A DNA stretch of 64,000 bases from a virus (IMGVR_UViG_3300017987_005500); one strand, 5' to 3'. Shown: positions 19,616-29,533, counted from the first letter of the stretch. The notes: generated by a model not told the origin, from the letters alone. Program-made: numbers and translations.

Positions 19616-20050
19616 ATGGAAGATGAAGAAAAATTAAGAAGATTCAATGAGGAAATGGAAAAACAACAATTCACTTCAAATGTAGACCCAAATACAATAG
19701 CTCAAAATCCTCAAGGACCACAAGGTCCTCAAAATACTGCAATTCAAGAGCAAGCACAAATTAGTAATATAATGAATAATCAAGGTCCGCCTCCTTCTCC
19801 AATTCCAACATCATCTGGGAGATGTGAGCAATGTGGTACATATCATCCTCCTATTAAAGATGGAGAAAAATGTCCAGTTGCTCCTGTAAAGGGGCATGAT
19901 GGAGAAGAGCTTGATTTAAATCCTTTTTTTGCACAATTAAAAAATATTTGTATGAGTCAAATTCAACAAAAAGGAATTAAAAATTATAAAAAATTATTTC
20001 AGTTTATAATTATTGAAATTACAAAATCATTGGAAAATTACAGTGAATAA
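19616..20050 (+). CDS. Hypothetical protein, Q/P-rich linker with CxxC..H..C zinc site
   Basis: ATG 19616 after AAGG; 'CEQCGTYHPP...CP'. Confidence 0.65.
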   Translation: MEDEEKLRRFNEEMEKQQFTSNVDPNTIAQNPQGPQGPQNTAIQEQAQISNIMNNQGPPPSPIPTSSGRCEQCGTYHPPIKDGEKCPVAPVKGHDGEELDLNPFFAQLKNICMSQIQQKGIKNYKKLFQFIIIEITKSLENYSE

Positions 20051-20339
20051 TCCATTTTGTCAATCAAGAATTAATACATCTCATTATGAAGCAATACGTG
20101 ATAATGAGAATTTAAATGAAAGATATATTAGAGTTAGAGAATTAGATTTATATTATAAATGCATTGCATGTGATGGGACAGGATTGGATAATTATTCACA
20201 GTATAAAGACGTAAAGTTATGGGATGGAAAATCAATATGTGAAGTATGTAAAGGTAAAGGAATATTTGATTGGGTTGAAAATACAATGTGTGGATGTAAA
20301 ACAGAAAAAGTTGAAAACAAAGAGGAGGAAATACCATGA
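20013..20339 (+). CDS. DnaJ-type CxxCxGxG zinc-finger protein
   Basis: 'CIACDGTG' and 'CEVCKGKG'; start uncertain. Confidence 0.65.
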   Translation: MKLQNHWKITVNNPFCQSRINTSHYEAIRDNENLNERYIRVRELDLYYKCIACDGTGLDNYSQYKDVKLWDGKSICEVCKGKGIFDWVENTMCGCKTEKVENKEEEIP

Positions 20340-20644
20340 TTAATATTAAACTTTCAGTCACAACCCCATTTCGTGTTGCAATTATATCTTCAATGGTTTT
20401 TATTTTTGCTTGTGTAGCGTCAAATTATGAGTTTGCAAAAGATCCAGGTCCAACTGATAATGAGATTGGAGCAACATATCCGAATTATGAAGTGACAAGT
20501 ATTGAATATTTAGAAGATTGTAATTATATACTTAATATGTATAGTCATGCAGAGGATGTAAGTATAATTATGAATATTGAGTGTGATTGTCAAGGTGATA
20601 AAGCAACTTTATGTAGAGTAATGAATGTTGAGAGAAAAGAATAA
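20336..20644 (+). CDS. Small membrane-anchored or secreted protein
   Basis: Hydrophobic N-terminus ending FACVAS; strong GAGGAGG RBS. Confidence 0.55.
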   Translation: MINIKLSVTTPFRVAIISSMVFIFACVASNYEFAKDPGPTDNEIGATYPNYEVTSIEYLEDCNYILNMYSHAEDVSIIMNIECDCQGDKATLCRVMNVERKE

Positions 20645-20656
20645 AGGAATTTAAAT

Positions 20657-20932
20657 ATGGAAACACTTGTACAGTTTCCTTGTAAAGAATGTATTGTTAA
20701 AGTTGTTTGTACTGAAGCATGTGAATTATTAGATATTAATTCAAAAAGGTCTAGAATGAATACTTTAATAAAGAAAAATAAATGTCCTGATTGTGGAAAT
20801 ATATTAAGTAGAAGACAAAGTATAAATCATTCCGCAACAATAGGATATTCTAAATGCAATGAATGTGATCATAGATTTAAGTTTATGAACACTGGGAAAG
20901 AATTTCAATTTCTCGAAAGAATGTTCAAATGA
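20657..20932 (+). CDS. Small Cys-rich protein (CxxCxVxxVC family) with zinc ribbon
   Basis: 'PCKECIVKVVCTEAC' plus 'CPDCG...CNEC'. Confidence 0.6.
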   Translation: METLVQFPCKECIVKVVCTEACELLDINSKRSRMNTLIKKNKCPDCGNILSRRQSINHSATIGYSKCNECDHRFKFMNTGKEFQFLERMFK

Positions 20933-21921
20933 TAGGAATATATAAAGATGAATTCCTCGACCTTTTAAAGCAAACTGTCGGAGAACCAATAAAAGTAACT
21001 AATAATCAAATTATATGCAGATGTCCTTGGTGTGAATTTGAGCAAGAAAAGGATCATTATCATTTATGGATTTCATTAGATGCTCCTATATTTAATTGTT
21101 TTCATTGTGCTGATGAAGCTGCTCATAAAGGAATTATAAGTAAGCTTATTAGGAAGTTGCATGGTTCTGACATATCTGACAATTTTGTAGACAGAGATAA
21201 GATAAAAGAATTTATACAGACAAAAGTAAAATTATCAAATGTAGTTGATAAAAAAGTAGAGTTAAGCATTCCCCCATTACAAGAAGAATTATATTCGCAT
21301 AAAGCGAGTTATTTAAGAGGAAGGTTGAAATACTCTGATGTAGAACTCAATTCAATAAAAGGATTAATATTTGATATTCAACAATTTATAAATATAAATC
21401 CAATTCCAATAACAGACACATTAGAAAGACTTCAACCATTTCTTCATAGCAACTTCATAGGATTTTTAACTGAAAATAATTCAACATTAATTTTAAGAAA
21501 TATAGATCCTACATCATCATTTAGGTATTATAAATTAAAAATATCTGATGGATTATTTTTAGATTATTATAAAATCAAAGGATTTAATCCAAATTCAAAA
21601 AATATAGTATTAGCGGAAGGAATTTTTGATATATTCTCAGAGCAAATTTTTGATCATTTAGGACTCAGACAAGATATTTTATTATATGCAACAACTAACT
21701 CAAAGAAATTTCATACATTGGTAAAAAGTATTGTATTTAATGAGTCCATATTTAGACCAAATGTTTATATATTATCAGATCGTGGTATAAATATTGAAGA
21801 GTATAAAAAGATGGCACATTACAATAAACATCTAATTAATTCGCTAATAGTGTATTACAATAAAATTGGAAAAGACTTCAATGATGTTCCATGTATTGTT
21901 GAAAAAATACAAATAAAATAG
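20929..21921 (+). CDS. DnaG-like primase (zinc-binding domain and Toprim)
   Basis: 'CRCPWC...H...CFHC' zinc domain, 'LAEGIFD' Toprim, 'KDFND'. Confidence 0.75.
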   Translation: MIGIYKDEFLDLLKQTVGEPIKVTNNQIICRCPWCEFEQEKDHYHLWISLDAPIFNCFHCADEAAHKGIISKLIRKLHGSDISDNFVDRDKIKEFIQTKVKLSNVVDKKVELSIPPLQEELYSHKASYLRGRLKYSDVELNSIKGLIFDIQQFININPIPITDTLERLQPFLHSNFIGFLTENNSTLILRNIDPTSSFRYYKLKISDGLFLDYYKIKGFNPNSKNIVLAEGIFDIFSEQIFDHLGLRQDILLYATTNSKKFHTLVKSIVFNESIFRPNVYILSDRGINIEEYKKMAHYNKHLINSLIVYYNKIGKDFNDVPCIVEKIQIK

Positions 21922-21990
21922 GGTTGCTATTAATAAAAAAGAGAACTAAATTAAAAAAGGACATGTTATATAATAGACGGGAGGAAGTTA

Positions 21991-22380
21991 ATGGGAGAAC
22001 GACAACAGGAAAAACTTTTAGCACTATTTGAAAAATGTAAAGATAGTGGTGATTTAGTTGAGGGAAAGATTGAGGATATTAATTATTTTAATTTGATGAG
22101 TAGAGCAGGAACCTCGGGTAAATTAGAGACTTGGGGAGATATGCATGTATGTGCATATAAGTATGATTTTTTGCGAAAACCATCAATTTTAATGATTATA
22201 AGCATTCCAATTAACTCAGCTAAAGAGTCTTGTACAAGTAAAAATATTGCTGAAAGAATTATGGAGATAGTTAAAGACTCGGAGTTATGTTTTACGACAT
22301 TAGATTTTAATACCTCAACCGAAATAAAGAAGGAGAAGTTTATTTATATAACATTGGTAAAAGTCATTGAGGAGGAATGA
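21991..22380 (+). CDS. Hypothetical protein
   Basis: GGAGG RBS; upstream GAGAACTAAATTAAAA motif at 21941. Confidence 0.65.
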   Translation: MGERQQEKLLALFEKCKDSGDLVEGKIEDINYFNLMSRAGTSGKLETWGDMHVCAYKYDFLRKPSILMIISIPINSAKESCTSKNIAERIMEIVKDSELCFTTLDFNTSTEIKKEKFIYITLVKVIEEE

Positions 22381-22577
22381 TGAACGGAGCAACCACAAAA
22401 TTTTTAAGAAGTGTGATAACACCATATCCGAATAAAGTGGTTTTAGATGAATTAATTGGAATCCATGGAGAAGACAATGTTCTTAATGGAAAAATTGATT
22501 TATGGAAAGAAGTCAAGAAAATCTGGCAATCGAAAAATGCAGAGGAGAAAGCACAATGGAGACAAGCGTTACCTTAA
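22377..22577 (+). CDS. Hypothetical protein
   Basis: Short ORF with GGAGG RBS and ATGA overlap. Confidence 0.55.
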   Translation: MMNGATTKFLRSVITPYPNKVVLDELIGIHGEDNVLNGKIDLWKEVKKIWQSKNAEEKAQWRQALP

Positions 22578-23338
22578 GCGGTGAAAATTTTAATGAATTT
22601 CTAAGAGTATTATCTCTTTTGAAAGAAGCATGTAATGATGTAGATGTTAGAGAAGGAATTATCAGACAGAGATCAAATGAAAATTCATGCATCTTTCAAA
22701 TAGATCTGACAACTATGTTTCCTGAAATGGATATTCCTATCACTGACATTAAACAAAAATTTGATCTACTTAAAATATTTTCAGATCAAGAAGTGACTGT
22801 ATCAGTTAATGATGAATATTGCACATTCAATGATCAATTCTCATCATTATCATTCAAAAAACCAAATCTTGATTACATTGATAATAAGTTCATGACAGAA
22901 ACTGAAATCAATGCAACATTTACATTAGACGATGATCACATGCTATTGAGCACTGAAATTCCGACTACAATTTCAGATAGAATCTCAGCAGTAAGACAAG
23001 GTTTCAATGTTGACACAGTTCAGGTAAACCTTCAAGGTGAATTGGCAATGATCACAGCAAAGACACAAGCTAAAGATCAGAGTGCTAAATTGATGGAAGG
23101 TATTGTAACTGAAATGACTATTCACAGCAAGACAGACCTTTTAATTGTTCCATTTATTATTGACCATGACGGCGATATGGAATTTAAGATGTTTAATGTA
23201 CAAGAAGGTGTTGCTGTAAACAAATTCGATACCTCAATTGGTGATATGGACATTATTGTTTATAGTCGCTCAAGTTTAGAGGAAGTTGAAGCTACTGAAA
23301 CTCCAGCACCGCCTGCTGATGGAGCAGCTCCATTTTAA
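22556..23338 (+). CDS. Putative sliding clamp (PCNA/gp45-like)
   Basis: 260 aa, acidic, two-domain beta-alpha pattern ('F..FL..L..L...C.DV....G'); clamp loader nearby; ATG 22556 after GAGGAG. Confidence 0.55.
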   Translation: METSVTLSGENFNEFLRVLSLLKEACNDVDVREGIIRQRSNENSCIFQIDLTTMFPEMDIPITDIKQKFDLLKIFSDQEVTVSVNDEYCTFNDQFSSLSFKKPNLDYIDNKFMTETEINATFTLDDDHMLLSTEIPTTISDRISAVRQGFNVDTVQVNLQGELAMITAKTQAKDQSAKLMEGIVTEMTIHSKTDLLIVPFIIDHDGDMEFKMFNVQEGVAVNKFDTSIGDMDIIVYSRSSLEEVEATETPAPPADGAAPF

Positions 23339-23366
23339 ATATGCATCCAACCATACTATTATCCTA

Positions 23367-23384
23367 TAAGAACAAATATTAAAA
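23367..23384 (+). promoter_or_regulatory. Putative phage promoter, GAACA class
   Basis: TAAGAACAAATATTAAAA directly upstream of the HNH gene. Confidence 0.6.
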
Positions 23385-23395
23385 AGGATAATAGT

Positions 23396-24466
23396 ATGGA
23401 ATGTAAATATGGTTGTGGTAATGAAGGAAAATATCAAAATAAACAGGGTGAATGGACTTGTTCTAAATATTGGCAACAATGTCCAGTAAAAAGAAAACAA
23501 ACATCTGAGATATCAAAAAGAACTCATAATACAAAAGAGTTTAAAGAAAAAGCAAAAATAAATGCAATTAATCAATTTAAAAATGAATCTTTAATTGATA
23601 GACAAAATAGAATTAGAAAAGTTAAACAAACTTGCAATTCAAAAGAATTTATTGAAAATAGTAGAAATAGGTCTATTGAAATATGGAAAGATGAAGAATT
23701 AAAAAATAAAATGTTAGAAGGTATAAGGAAATCTAAAAAAGATCCTACATATAGAAAATTAGCTTCTAATGCTGCTAAAAAAAGATTTAAAAATGAAACA
23801 CCTGAAGAAAAATTAAAAAGAAGTTTATTAGCAAAAGAAAAATCTAAACAATATTTTGATAATGAAACTGATGATCAAAAATTAAAAAGAATAAGATCTA
23901 AAAAAAGAACTATTGAAAAGATTAATAAAAAATACCCTCTGTTTTCAAAAATTGAAGAGATGAGATATAATCCAGATAAACCTGGAGAAATTCAAGTTCA
24001 TTGTACTTATGGAGAATGTAAAAATAGCAAAGAAAATAATGGATGGTTCACTCCAACAAATAAACAAATTGAAATGAGAATTACATCGTTAGAAAAACAA
24101 AGTTATGATGGTTCATATTTTTATTGCTCAGATGATTGTAAAGATAAATGTTGTTTATATCACTCTAAAGGAATATTATATAACAAAAGTAAATTTGAAC
24201 AATATATACATAATGTTTATAAACTTACAGAAAGAACGTTGAAGAAACATAAAATTGAAAATTTGCATTTACGAGGAATAAAATTTAATTATGATTTGGA
24301 TCATAATTATTCTATTTATGATGGTTTTATGAATGATATAGATCCAAAAATTATATCACATTGGAAAAATTTGAGAGTAATACCATCAAGTGAAAATAGA
24401 AGCAAAGGAAATAAATCAACTATTACATTAAATAACTTACTACAAATAACTAAGGAAACTAACTAA
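23396..24466 (+). CDS. 'CEYGCG' family HNH endonuclease (central Cys module, C-terminal type B)
   Basis: 'CKYGCG', central 'YPLFSKIEEMRYNPDKPGE' shared with 18510, C-terminal 'LDHNYS...NLRVIPSSENRSK' shared with 1040. Confidence 0.78.
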   Translation: MECKYGCGNEGKYQNKQGEWTCSKYWQQCPVKRKQTSEISKRTHNTKEFKEKAKINAINQFKNESLIDRQNRIRKVKQTCNSKEFIENSRNRSIEIWKDEELKNKMLEGIRKSKKDPTYRKLASNAAKKRFKNETPEEKLKRSLLAKEKSKQYFDNETDDQKLKRIRSKKRTIEKINKKYPLFSKIEEMRYNPDKPGEIQVHCTYGECKNSKENNGWFTPTNKQIEMRITSLEKQSYDGSYFYCSDDCKDKCCLYHSKGILYNKSKFEQYIHNVYKLTERTLKKHKIENLHLRGIKFNYDLDHNYSIYDGFMNDIDPKIISHWKNLRVIPSSENRSKGNKSTITLNNLLQITKETN

Positions 24467-25608
24467 TGCATCCTGCATCACTTTTGGCATACTATCCGTC
24501 ATTCGGAATTTTAGACGAGATATTATCTTACGGAGAATATAATCAGCTAAATCTATATATTGATTTAAAGAATTGTTTACAAACAACTTATATGGAACAT
24601 GCTGTAATAAATATTATTGAATCAACAGAGAGATCTCAATATTTTGATACATCTGTATTTTCATCATTAATATCATTCCTTGCATTTCATAAAAGATTTA
24701 CTTTAAATAGAAAAGTCAAATTGAATTTTTATATATTTTTTGAGACAGGAAGATCATTATATCATAAAAATATAAGCAAGACATATAAGGTAGGTAGACG
24801 AATTGATGAACTCTATGGTTTGGACAATGCTAAAAGAGAGACCTTTTATAATACACTACAAAAGAATTTTCAACTTATTGAAATGGCATGTAATAAAATT
24901 CCAAATACAAATGTAATAAGACTTAAGAATTTAGAAGCTGACTTCATTCCTTATTATTTAACTAAGAGAAAAATAGTCGATAGATCTCCTAATGTAGCAC
25001 ATGTAATATATTCAAATGATCATGATTTACTACAATGTTTAGATGAAGATGTATTTGTATTTCAAAAAGTAATGTCAAAAGTTAAACGAATTGCTAAATC
25101 AGGAATGGCAATGGATTTAGAATTGAAAAAGAAAACTTCAATTGAAGATGAATTTCAACCATTAGCTATGGCGATTATTGGAGATCCTGGGGATGATGTT
25201 ATAGGAATTAAAGGAATTGGTCCAGCAACTTTCATAAAATGTTTTCCTGAAATTATGAAATTAGTAGGAAGTATGGATAAATTATATGAAAATATCCTTA
25301 ATGGAGAACCTATATTCGATCTTTCTCAACTCAAGATTCCGAACAAAAATACACAGAAAATTATCAAAGCTGAACAGGATGATAAAACAGTATCTAATAA
25401 TTTAAAATTAGTTTCATTTGAATTATTATCAAGAGCAATTGAAAATCCTGACAGTATTGAAATGGTAGAAAGATCAAAACAAATTAATAGACTTATAAGA
25501 AATAAAGAGATAGCAAACATTGAAGCTTTGCAAATGTCATTATCCAAAGTTGGAGTAGAGTTGGAACATAAAGCTCTTGACATTTTATATCATCAAAATA
25601 CAAGTTGA
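24466..25608 (+). CDS. 5'-3' exonuclease / flap endonuclease (T4 RNase H-like)
   Basis: 'LEADF', 'SNDHDLLQ', 'GDPGDDVIGIKGIGPAT' H3TH motif. Confidence 0.85.
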   Translation: MHPASLLAYYPSFGILDEILSYGEYNQLNLYIDLKNCLQTTYMEHAVINIIESTERSQYFDTSVFSSLISFLAFHKRFTLNRKVKLNFYIFFETGRSLYHKNISKTYKVGRRIDELYGLDNAKRETFYNTLQKNFQLIEMACNKIPNTNVIRLKNLEADFIPYYLTKRKIVDRSPNVAHVIYSNDHDLLQCLDEDVFVFQKVMSKVKRIAKSGMAMDLELKKKTSIEDEFQPLAMAIIGDPGDDVIGIKGIGPATFIKCFPEIMKLVGSMDKLYENILNGEPIFDLSQLKIPNKNTQKIIKAEQDDKTVSNNLKLVSFELLSRAIENPDSIEMVERSKQINRLIRNKEIANIEALQMSLSKVGVELEHKALDILYHQNTS

Positions 25609-25618
25609 GGAGTATGTT

Positions 25619-26338
25619 ATGTTAAATGAATCATTAGTCTTAGAGTATGTTAAAGCTGAATTAGGATTTCCTTTTCAACCCTTAGAATTTGATGACAAAA
25701 CAATCCTTGAACACATTCAAAAATTCACAATTCCTACCTTCTCTCATTACTCACCACAAAAGAAAAAAATGAGTTTAAGTTTTAATAATACTCGAGCTCA
25801 AGTCGAAGGAAGACGTAATGAATATTATTTAGAAGAACCTCATGGACTTGAAATTTTGAATGTGGTTGATGTACTGTTTAATCAATCCGGACTAATTATT
25901 CATGGACATCCACCTATGAGTTCATTCTCTCAAATAGGTTTGAGAAATTGGGCACTTGATGTTGAAACTTCAATGACACAAAAAATGTTCTCAACATGGG
26001 ATTATACTCATGAATTTGAACATCCAAATATTATAAGAATAAGTCCTACCCCAACACCTACATTTAGTCGATGTACGATTGAATACGAAAGGATGCAACC
26101 CATTGACTTCAGAGGGATTGATAACGATCTTAGGACCCCATTTTTGGAGTTAGCACTCGCTGATACAATGATTCGTATAGGTCGAATTAGAAAGAGATAT
26201 GGTGATGGTCAATTAAGAACTCCATTTGGAGAAATTCCTTTAAGTGCTGAAATATTAGATGAAGGTAAAGAAAAACGAAGAGAAGTAATTGAACAATTAG
26301 AGAAAGCAACACCTAACGTTATAATTGACTTTGGATAA
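25619..26338 (+). CDS. Putative neck / head-completion protein (T4 gp13-like)
   Basis: 'YVKAELG.P', 'IGRIRKRYG...TPFG.I.L....L.EG' pattern of myovirus neck proteins. Confidence 0.55.
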   Translation: MLNESLVLEYVKAELGFPFQPLEFDDKTILEHIQKFTIPTFSHYSPQKKKMSLSFNNTRAQVEGRRNEYYLEEPHGLEILNVVDVLFNQSGLIIHGHPPMSSFSQIGLRNWALDVETSMTQKMFSTWDYTHEFEHPNIIRISPTPTPTFSRCTIEYERMQPIDFRGIDNDLRTPFLELALADTMIRIGRIRKRYGDGQLRTPFGEIPLSAEILDEGKEKRREVIEQLEKATPNVIIDFG

Positions 26339-26343
26339 ATAAA

Positions 26344-26574
26344 ATGAAAAAAGAAGAATTAATTGAAGCATTGGATAACATAAGAGCAAAGCATATGTGC
26401 GCTTATGTATCAATTGGTGGAAAACCTAATACATTTTGTGATTGTAAATTCTCAGAACATTTTGGAGGATTTGGTAAAAAAGCAATGCACCGTGGTAGTG
26501 AAAATAATAATGGTTGTCCTGAAATGAGAACAATTATTGATTTTATTAAACGACTTGATGAAAACGAATTTTAA
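26344..26574 (+). CDS. Small Cys-containing hypothetical protein
   Basis: 'MCAY...FCDCKF...GCPE'. Confidence 0.55.
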   Translation: MKKEELIEALDNIRAKHMCAYVSIGGKPNTFCDCKFSEHFGGFGKKAMHRGSENNNGCPEMRTIIDFIKRLDENEF

Positions 26575-26584
26575 AGGAATTTAA

Positions 26585-27082
26585 ATGGAAGATTATGTTC
26601 ATGATAAAGAGTATTTTGTAGGAATCGATCCTTCACTTAGTGCTTCAGGATTAGTAATGATAAATGAACAGGGTGAAATTGTTGTAGAAAAATTAATCAA
26701 AACTTTCACTGAACATTATATTTGTATTGAGCAAAGACTTTTAGATATCATGGAATCAATTACATTTTTAAGTGGAGTATTAAAACTTAATTGTGTATAT
26801 GTTGAAGAATTGCCATATTTATCAAAAGGTGGAGCAATATTTGAAAGAGCTGGATTGATGTACATGATTACTTCATTTTTATTTTCAAAAGATATAGCGT
26901 ATTCATTAATAAAACCAACTACATTGAAAAAATGGGCAGTTGGAAAAGGTAATGCTGATAAAAAAATGATGATGGAATTATCAGGAGAAAGATGGGGAAT
27001 AAATTTTACTGATGATAATATATGTGATGCATATAACTTAGCGCAAATGTGCAGACACACTGAGGGAGATGTCAAAGAATGA
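26585..27082 (+). CDS. ruvC: RuvC-like Holliday junction resolvase
   Basis: 'GIDPS', 'VEE', 'PTTLKK...G.G.A.K', 'DNICDA'. Confidence 0.88.
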   Translation: MEDYVHDKEYFVGIDPSLSASGLVMINEQGEIVVEKLIKTFTEHYICIEQRLLDIMESITFLSGVLKLNCVYVEELPYLSKGGAIFERAGLMYMITSFLFSKDIAYSLIKPTTLKKWAVGKGNADKKMMMELSGERWGINFTDDNICDAYNLAQMCRHTEGDVKE

Positions 27083-27780
27083 ACACCATAGATAACTATT
27101 TAACACAATTGAATGAAAATACTATTTTATATGAGGGTGTTATATCTAATTGGGTTTCTAAATTGAGTGGGAAATCTAATCAATTACAAACTGCATTTGA
27201 TAAGAAAGATATTAAAAAAGCGAAACAATTATTAGGATCTCCTCCGGTCAAAGGTGTTGACAAAATCAAAAAAGATACATTTTCTAAAGTTCCAGATTTA
27301 AAGAAAGAATATAATTCAAATTTAGTAAAGTATAGAGCAAAAGATGATAAAGCTAAGACTTCTTTAGTTTTAGGATATACTATTGCAAAGAGAGTAGTTG
27401 ATGATATTGGAAAACAAGATAAGTCAACTAAAATGGATGGTTTACATTCAGCTCTAAAAAAAATATCAACTATATTAAAAACAACTTCTTCAGGATTATA
27501 TTCAGCTGGAGCATTAACAATTCCAATAGTCCTATTAGGAAAAATAGGAGTCATTGCACTTAAAAAATCAACTATGTTAAAATTGAGTCGTGTTGGAATG
27601 GCAACATTTTTAATTGGAATGATTTTAGTATTAGTCAGTGAAATTATAGGAGAAACAGCAAACCTTATCAAACCCAAAGATCTTTCAGGAATTGATAGAA
27701 CTTATAAGGATAAGTATTTTAAGGGTGGTGGGAAAGATAGTGGGAAAGGTGGAAAAAACCCTATAAATTCACGAATATAA
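27079..27780 (+). CDS. Basic protein with two hydrophobic helices; putative internal virion protein
   Basis: N-terminal 'IDNYLTQLNE'; shares a domain with the C-terminal half of 35473..37140. Confidence 0.55.
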   Translation: MNTIDNYLTQLNENTILYEGVISNWVSKLSGKSNQLQTAFDKKDIKKAKQLLGSPPVKGVDKIKKDTFSKVPDLKKEYNSNLVKYRAKDDKAKTSLVLGYTIAKRVVDDIGKQDKSTKMDGLHSALKKISTILKTTSSGLYSAGALTIPIVLLGKIGVIALKKSTMLKLSRVGMATFLIGMILVLVSEIIGETANLIKPKDLSGIDRTYKDKYFKGGGKDSGKGGKNPINSRI

Positions 27781-27791
27781 AGGGATTACAA

Positions 27792-28436
27792 ATGAATAAA
27801 AAAATTAAATTTGTAATACATGATCATGATGCTAAAAAAGCAGGAAAACATCAAGATTTAAGATTCCAAAAACCAGGAGATATGAAGAATTGGTTATCTT
27901 TTGCAGTAAGGAAAGGAGTTCCTAAAAAACCTGGTAGTCGTGTATTAGCAATTAAAACACATTTACATTCCGAAAAAGAAGCAATGACTGTTGGAGAAAT
28001 TCCTAAAGGAAAATATGGAGCAGGGACATTAAAAGTATTTGATGAGGGAACTGCCACAGTTGAAAAATATAGTCCAGCTCATATAGCACTTACACTTAAA
28101 GGAAAAAAGTTAAAAGGGCTTTATCATTTAATTAATATAGGAGTTACAAGAAACCAAAAATATAAAGCTAATCAATATCTTCTATTCAAAGGAGGTAGTT
28201 TAAAAAAGATGAATACTGTAGAAGCGTATTTAAGAAAGCTTTCCGAGTCAGTTGGAAAACATCGCAATGTACCAGATTCCAACTATGATGAAAAGGAATT
28301 ACAGATGGGGATTGAGATTGAAAAAGAACATACTGACTCTGAAGAAATAGCAAAACAGATAGCTAAAGATCACCTTGAAGAATGCCCAGATTATTACACA
28401 AGACTTAAAAAGTTAGAATCTAATTGCGAGAATTGA
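27792..28436 (+). CDS. LigD-type 3'-phosphoesterase domain fused to DUF5661-like domain
   Basis: 'H.A...H.DLR', 'SFAVRKG', 'LAI.T..H', 'IPKGKYGAG....D.G'; C-terminal 'MGIEIEKEH...IAKDHL.E..DYYTRL'. Confidence 0.85.
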   Translation: MNKKIKFVIHDHDAKKAGKHQDLRFQKPGDMKNWLSFAVRKGVPKKPGSRVLAIKTHLHSEKEAMTVGEIPKGKYGAGTLKVFDEGTATVEKYSPAHIALTLKGKKLKGLYHLINIGVTRNQKYKANQYLLFKGGSLKKMNTVEAYLRKLSESVGKHRNVPDSNYDEKELQMGIEIEKEHTDSEEIAKQIAKDHLEECPDYYTRLKKLESNCEN

Positions 28437-28461
28437 ATCAAAGAAACCAATCGAATTTTAT

Positions 28462-28478
28462 GCGAACAAATTAATATC
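28462..28478 (+). promoter_or_regulatory. Putative phage promoter, GAACA class
   Basis: GCGAACAAATTAATA (AACA-N6-TA) upstream of hldD-nrdJ. Confidence 0.55.
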
Positions 28479-28513
28479 TAAATAATATTAATTTAAATGT
28501 GAATTGAGGGAAT

Positions 28514-29533
28514 ATGATAATTATAACTGGCGGCGCGGGATTTATAGGTAGCAATCTCATTCAATTATTAAATGAAAATAACATAGACAATATTGTTGTT
28601 GTTGATGATTTTGAAGAAAATCCCGATAAATGGAAAAATTTAATAGGTTTATCAATATACGAATATATTGATAAAAATGATTTCTTAAAATTTATAAAGA
28701 ATAGCAAATATCAAATCCAAGGTTATAAAATATCAGTAATCATTCATCTCGGAGCTTGCACAGATACAACAAATAATGATGTAAAATATATGATGGATAA
28801 CAATTATAGTTATTCAAAAGAGTTATTAGAACTTGCTCTTTATAATGATGCACAATTTATATACGCTTCAAGTGCTGCAACATATGGAGCAAGCACTGAA
28901 TTTAAAGATGAATTAATACCTTCCTTAAGTCCTCTCAATCCATATGCCCTTTCTAAACATTTATTTGATCAGTATGTATTCAATAGTAAATATCGTACGA
29001 AAGCAGTTGCTTTGAAATTTTTTAATGTATATGGTCCTAATGAATGTCACAAAGGTAAAATGTCAAGTTTTATCAATCATGCGTTTTATCAATTTAAAGT
29101 CAATGGACGCGTCAAATTATTCAAATCAAACGATCCAAATATAGAAGACGGAGAACAATCAAGAGATTTTATTTATGTTAAAGATGTTGTTAATGTAATA
29201 TATAAATTTATGCAAGATTTTAAATCAGGTATTTATAATGTTGGTTCTGGATTAAGTATTTCTTATAATACTATTGTAAGAAGTGTATATAAATCAATGG
29301 GATTCTCTAATGGATTTTATACATCAAGAGGAAAATTTATTGATTATATTGATATTCCAGGAGATATAAGTAAGCAATATCAAAATTTTACAAAAGCAAA
29401 CATTAGTAAATTAAAACAAGAATATCCAGATGTTGTAAAGTCTTTTAAGTCTATTGAGGAAGGAATTAATGAGTATGTTATGTTTTTAATGGACCGTAAT
29501 AATTACGGAAGGAGAGTGATTGATGAGCGATAA
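28514..29533 (+). CDS. hldD: ADP-L-glycero-D-manno-heptose 6-epimerase
   Basis: 'TGGAGFIGSN', 'HLGACTDT', 'YASSAATYG', 'PLNPYALSK', 'FNVYGPNECHKGKM.S', 'RDFIYV.D', 'YQ.FT.A'. Confidence 0.92.
   Translation: MIIITGGAGFIGSNLIQLLNENNIDNIVVVDDFEENPDKWKNLIGLSIYEYIDKNDFLKFIKNSKYQIQGYKISVIIHLGACTDTTNNDVKYMMDNNYSYSKELLELALYNDAQFIYASSAATYGASTEFKDELIPSLSPLNPYALSKHLFDQYVFNSKYRTKAVALKFFNVYGPNECHKGKMSSFINHAFYQFKVNGRVKLFKSNDPNIEDGEQSRDFIYVKDVVNVIYKFMQDFKSGIYNVGSGLSISYNTIVRSVYKSMGFSNGFYTSRGKFIDYIDIPGDISKQYQNFTKANISKLKQEYPDVVKSFKSIEEGINEYVMFLMDRNNYGRRVIDER

Noticed and set aside
1040-24466. HNH genes as group I intron or intein cargo
   Set aside because: Flanking genes look complete and there is no room for ribozyme sequence; no intein motifs seen in RNR, RecA, RNAP or topoisomerase.
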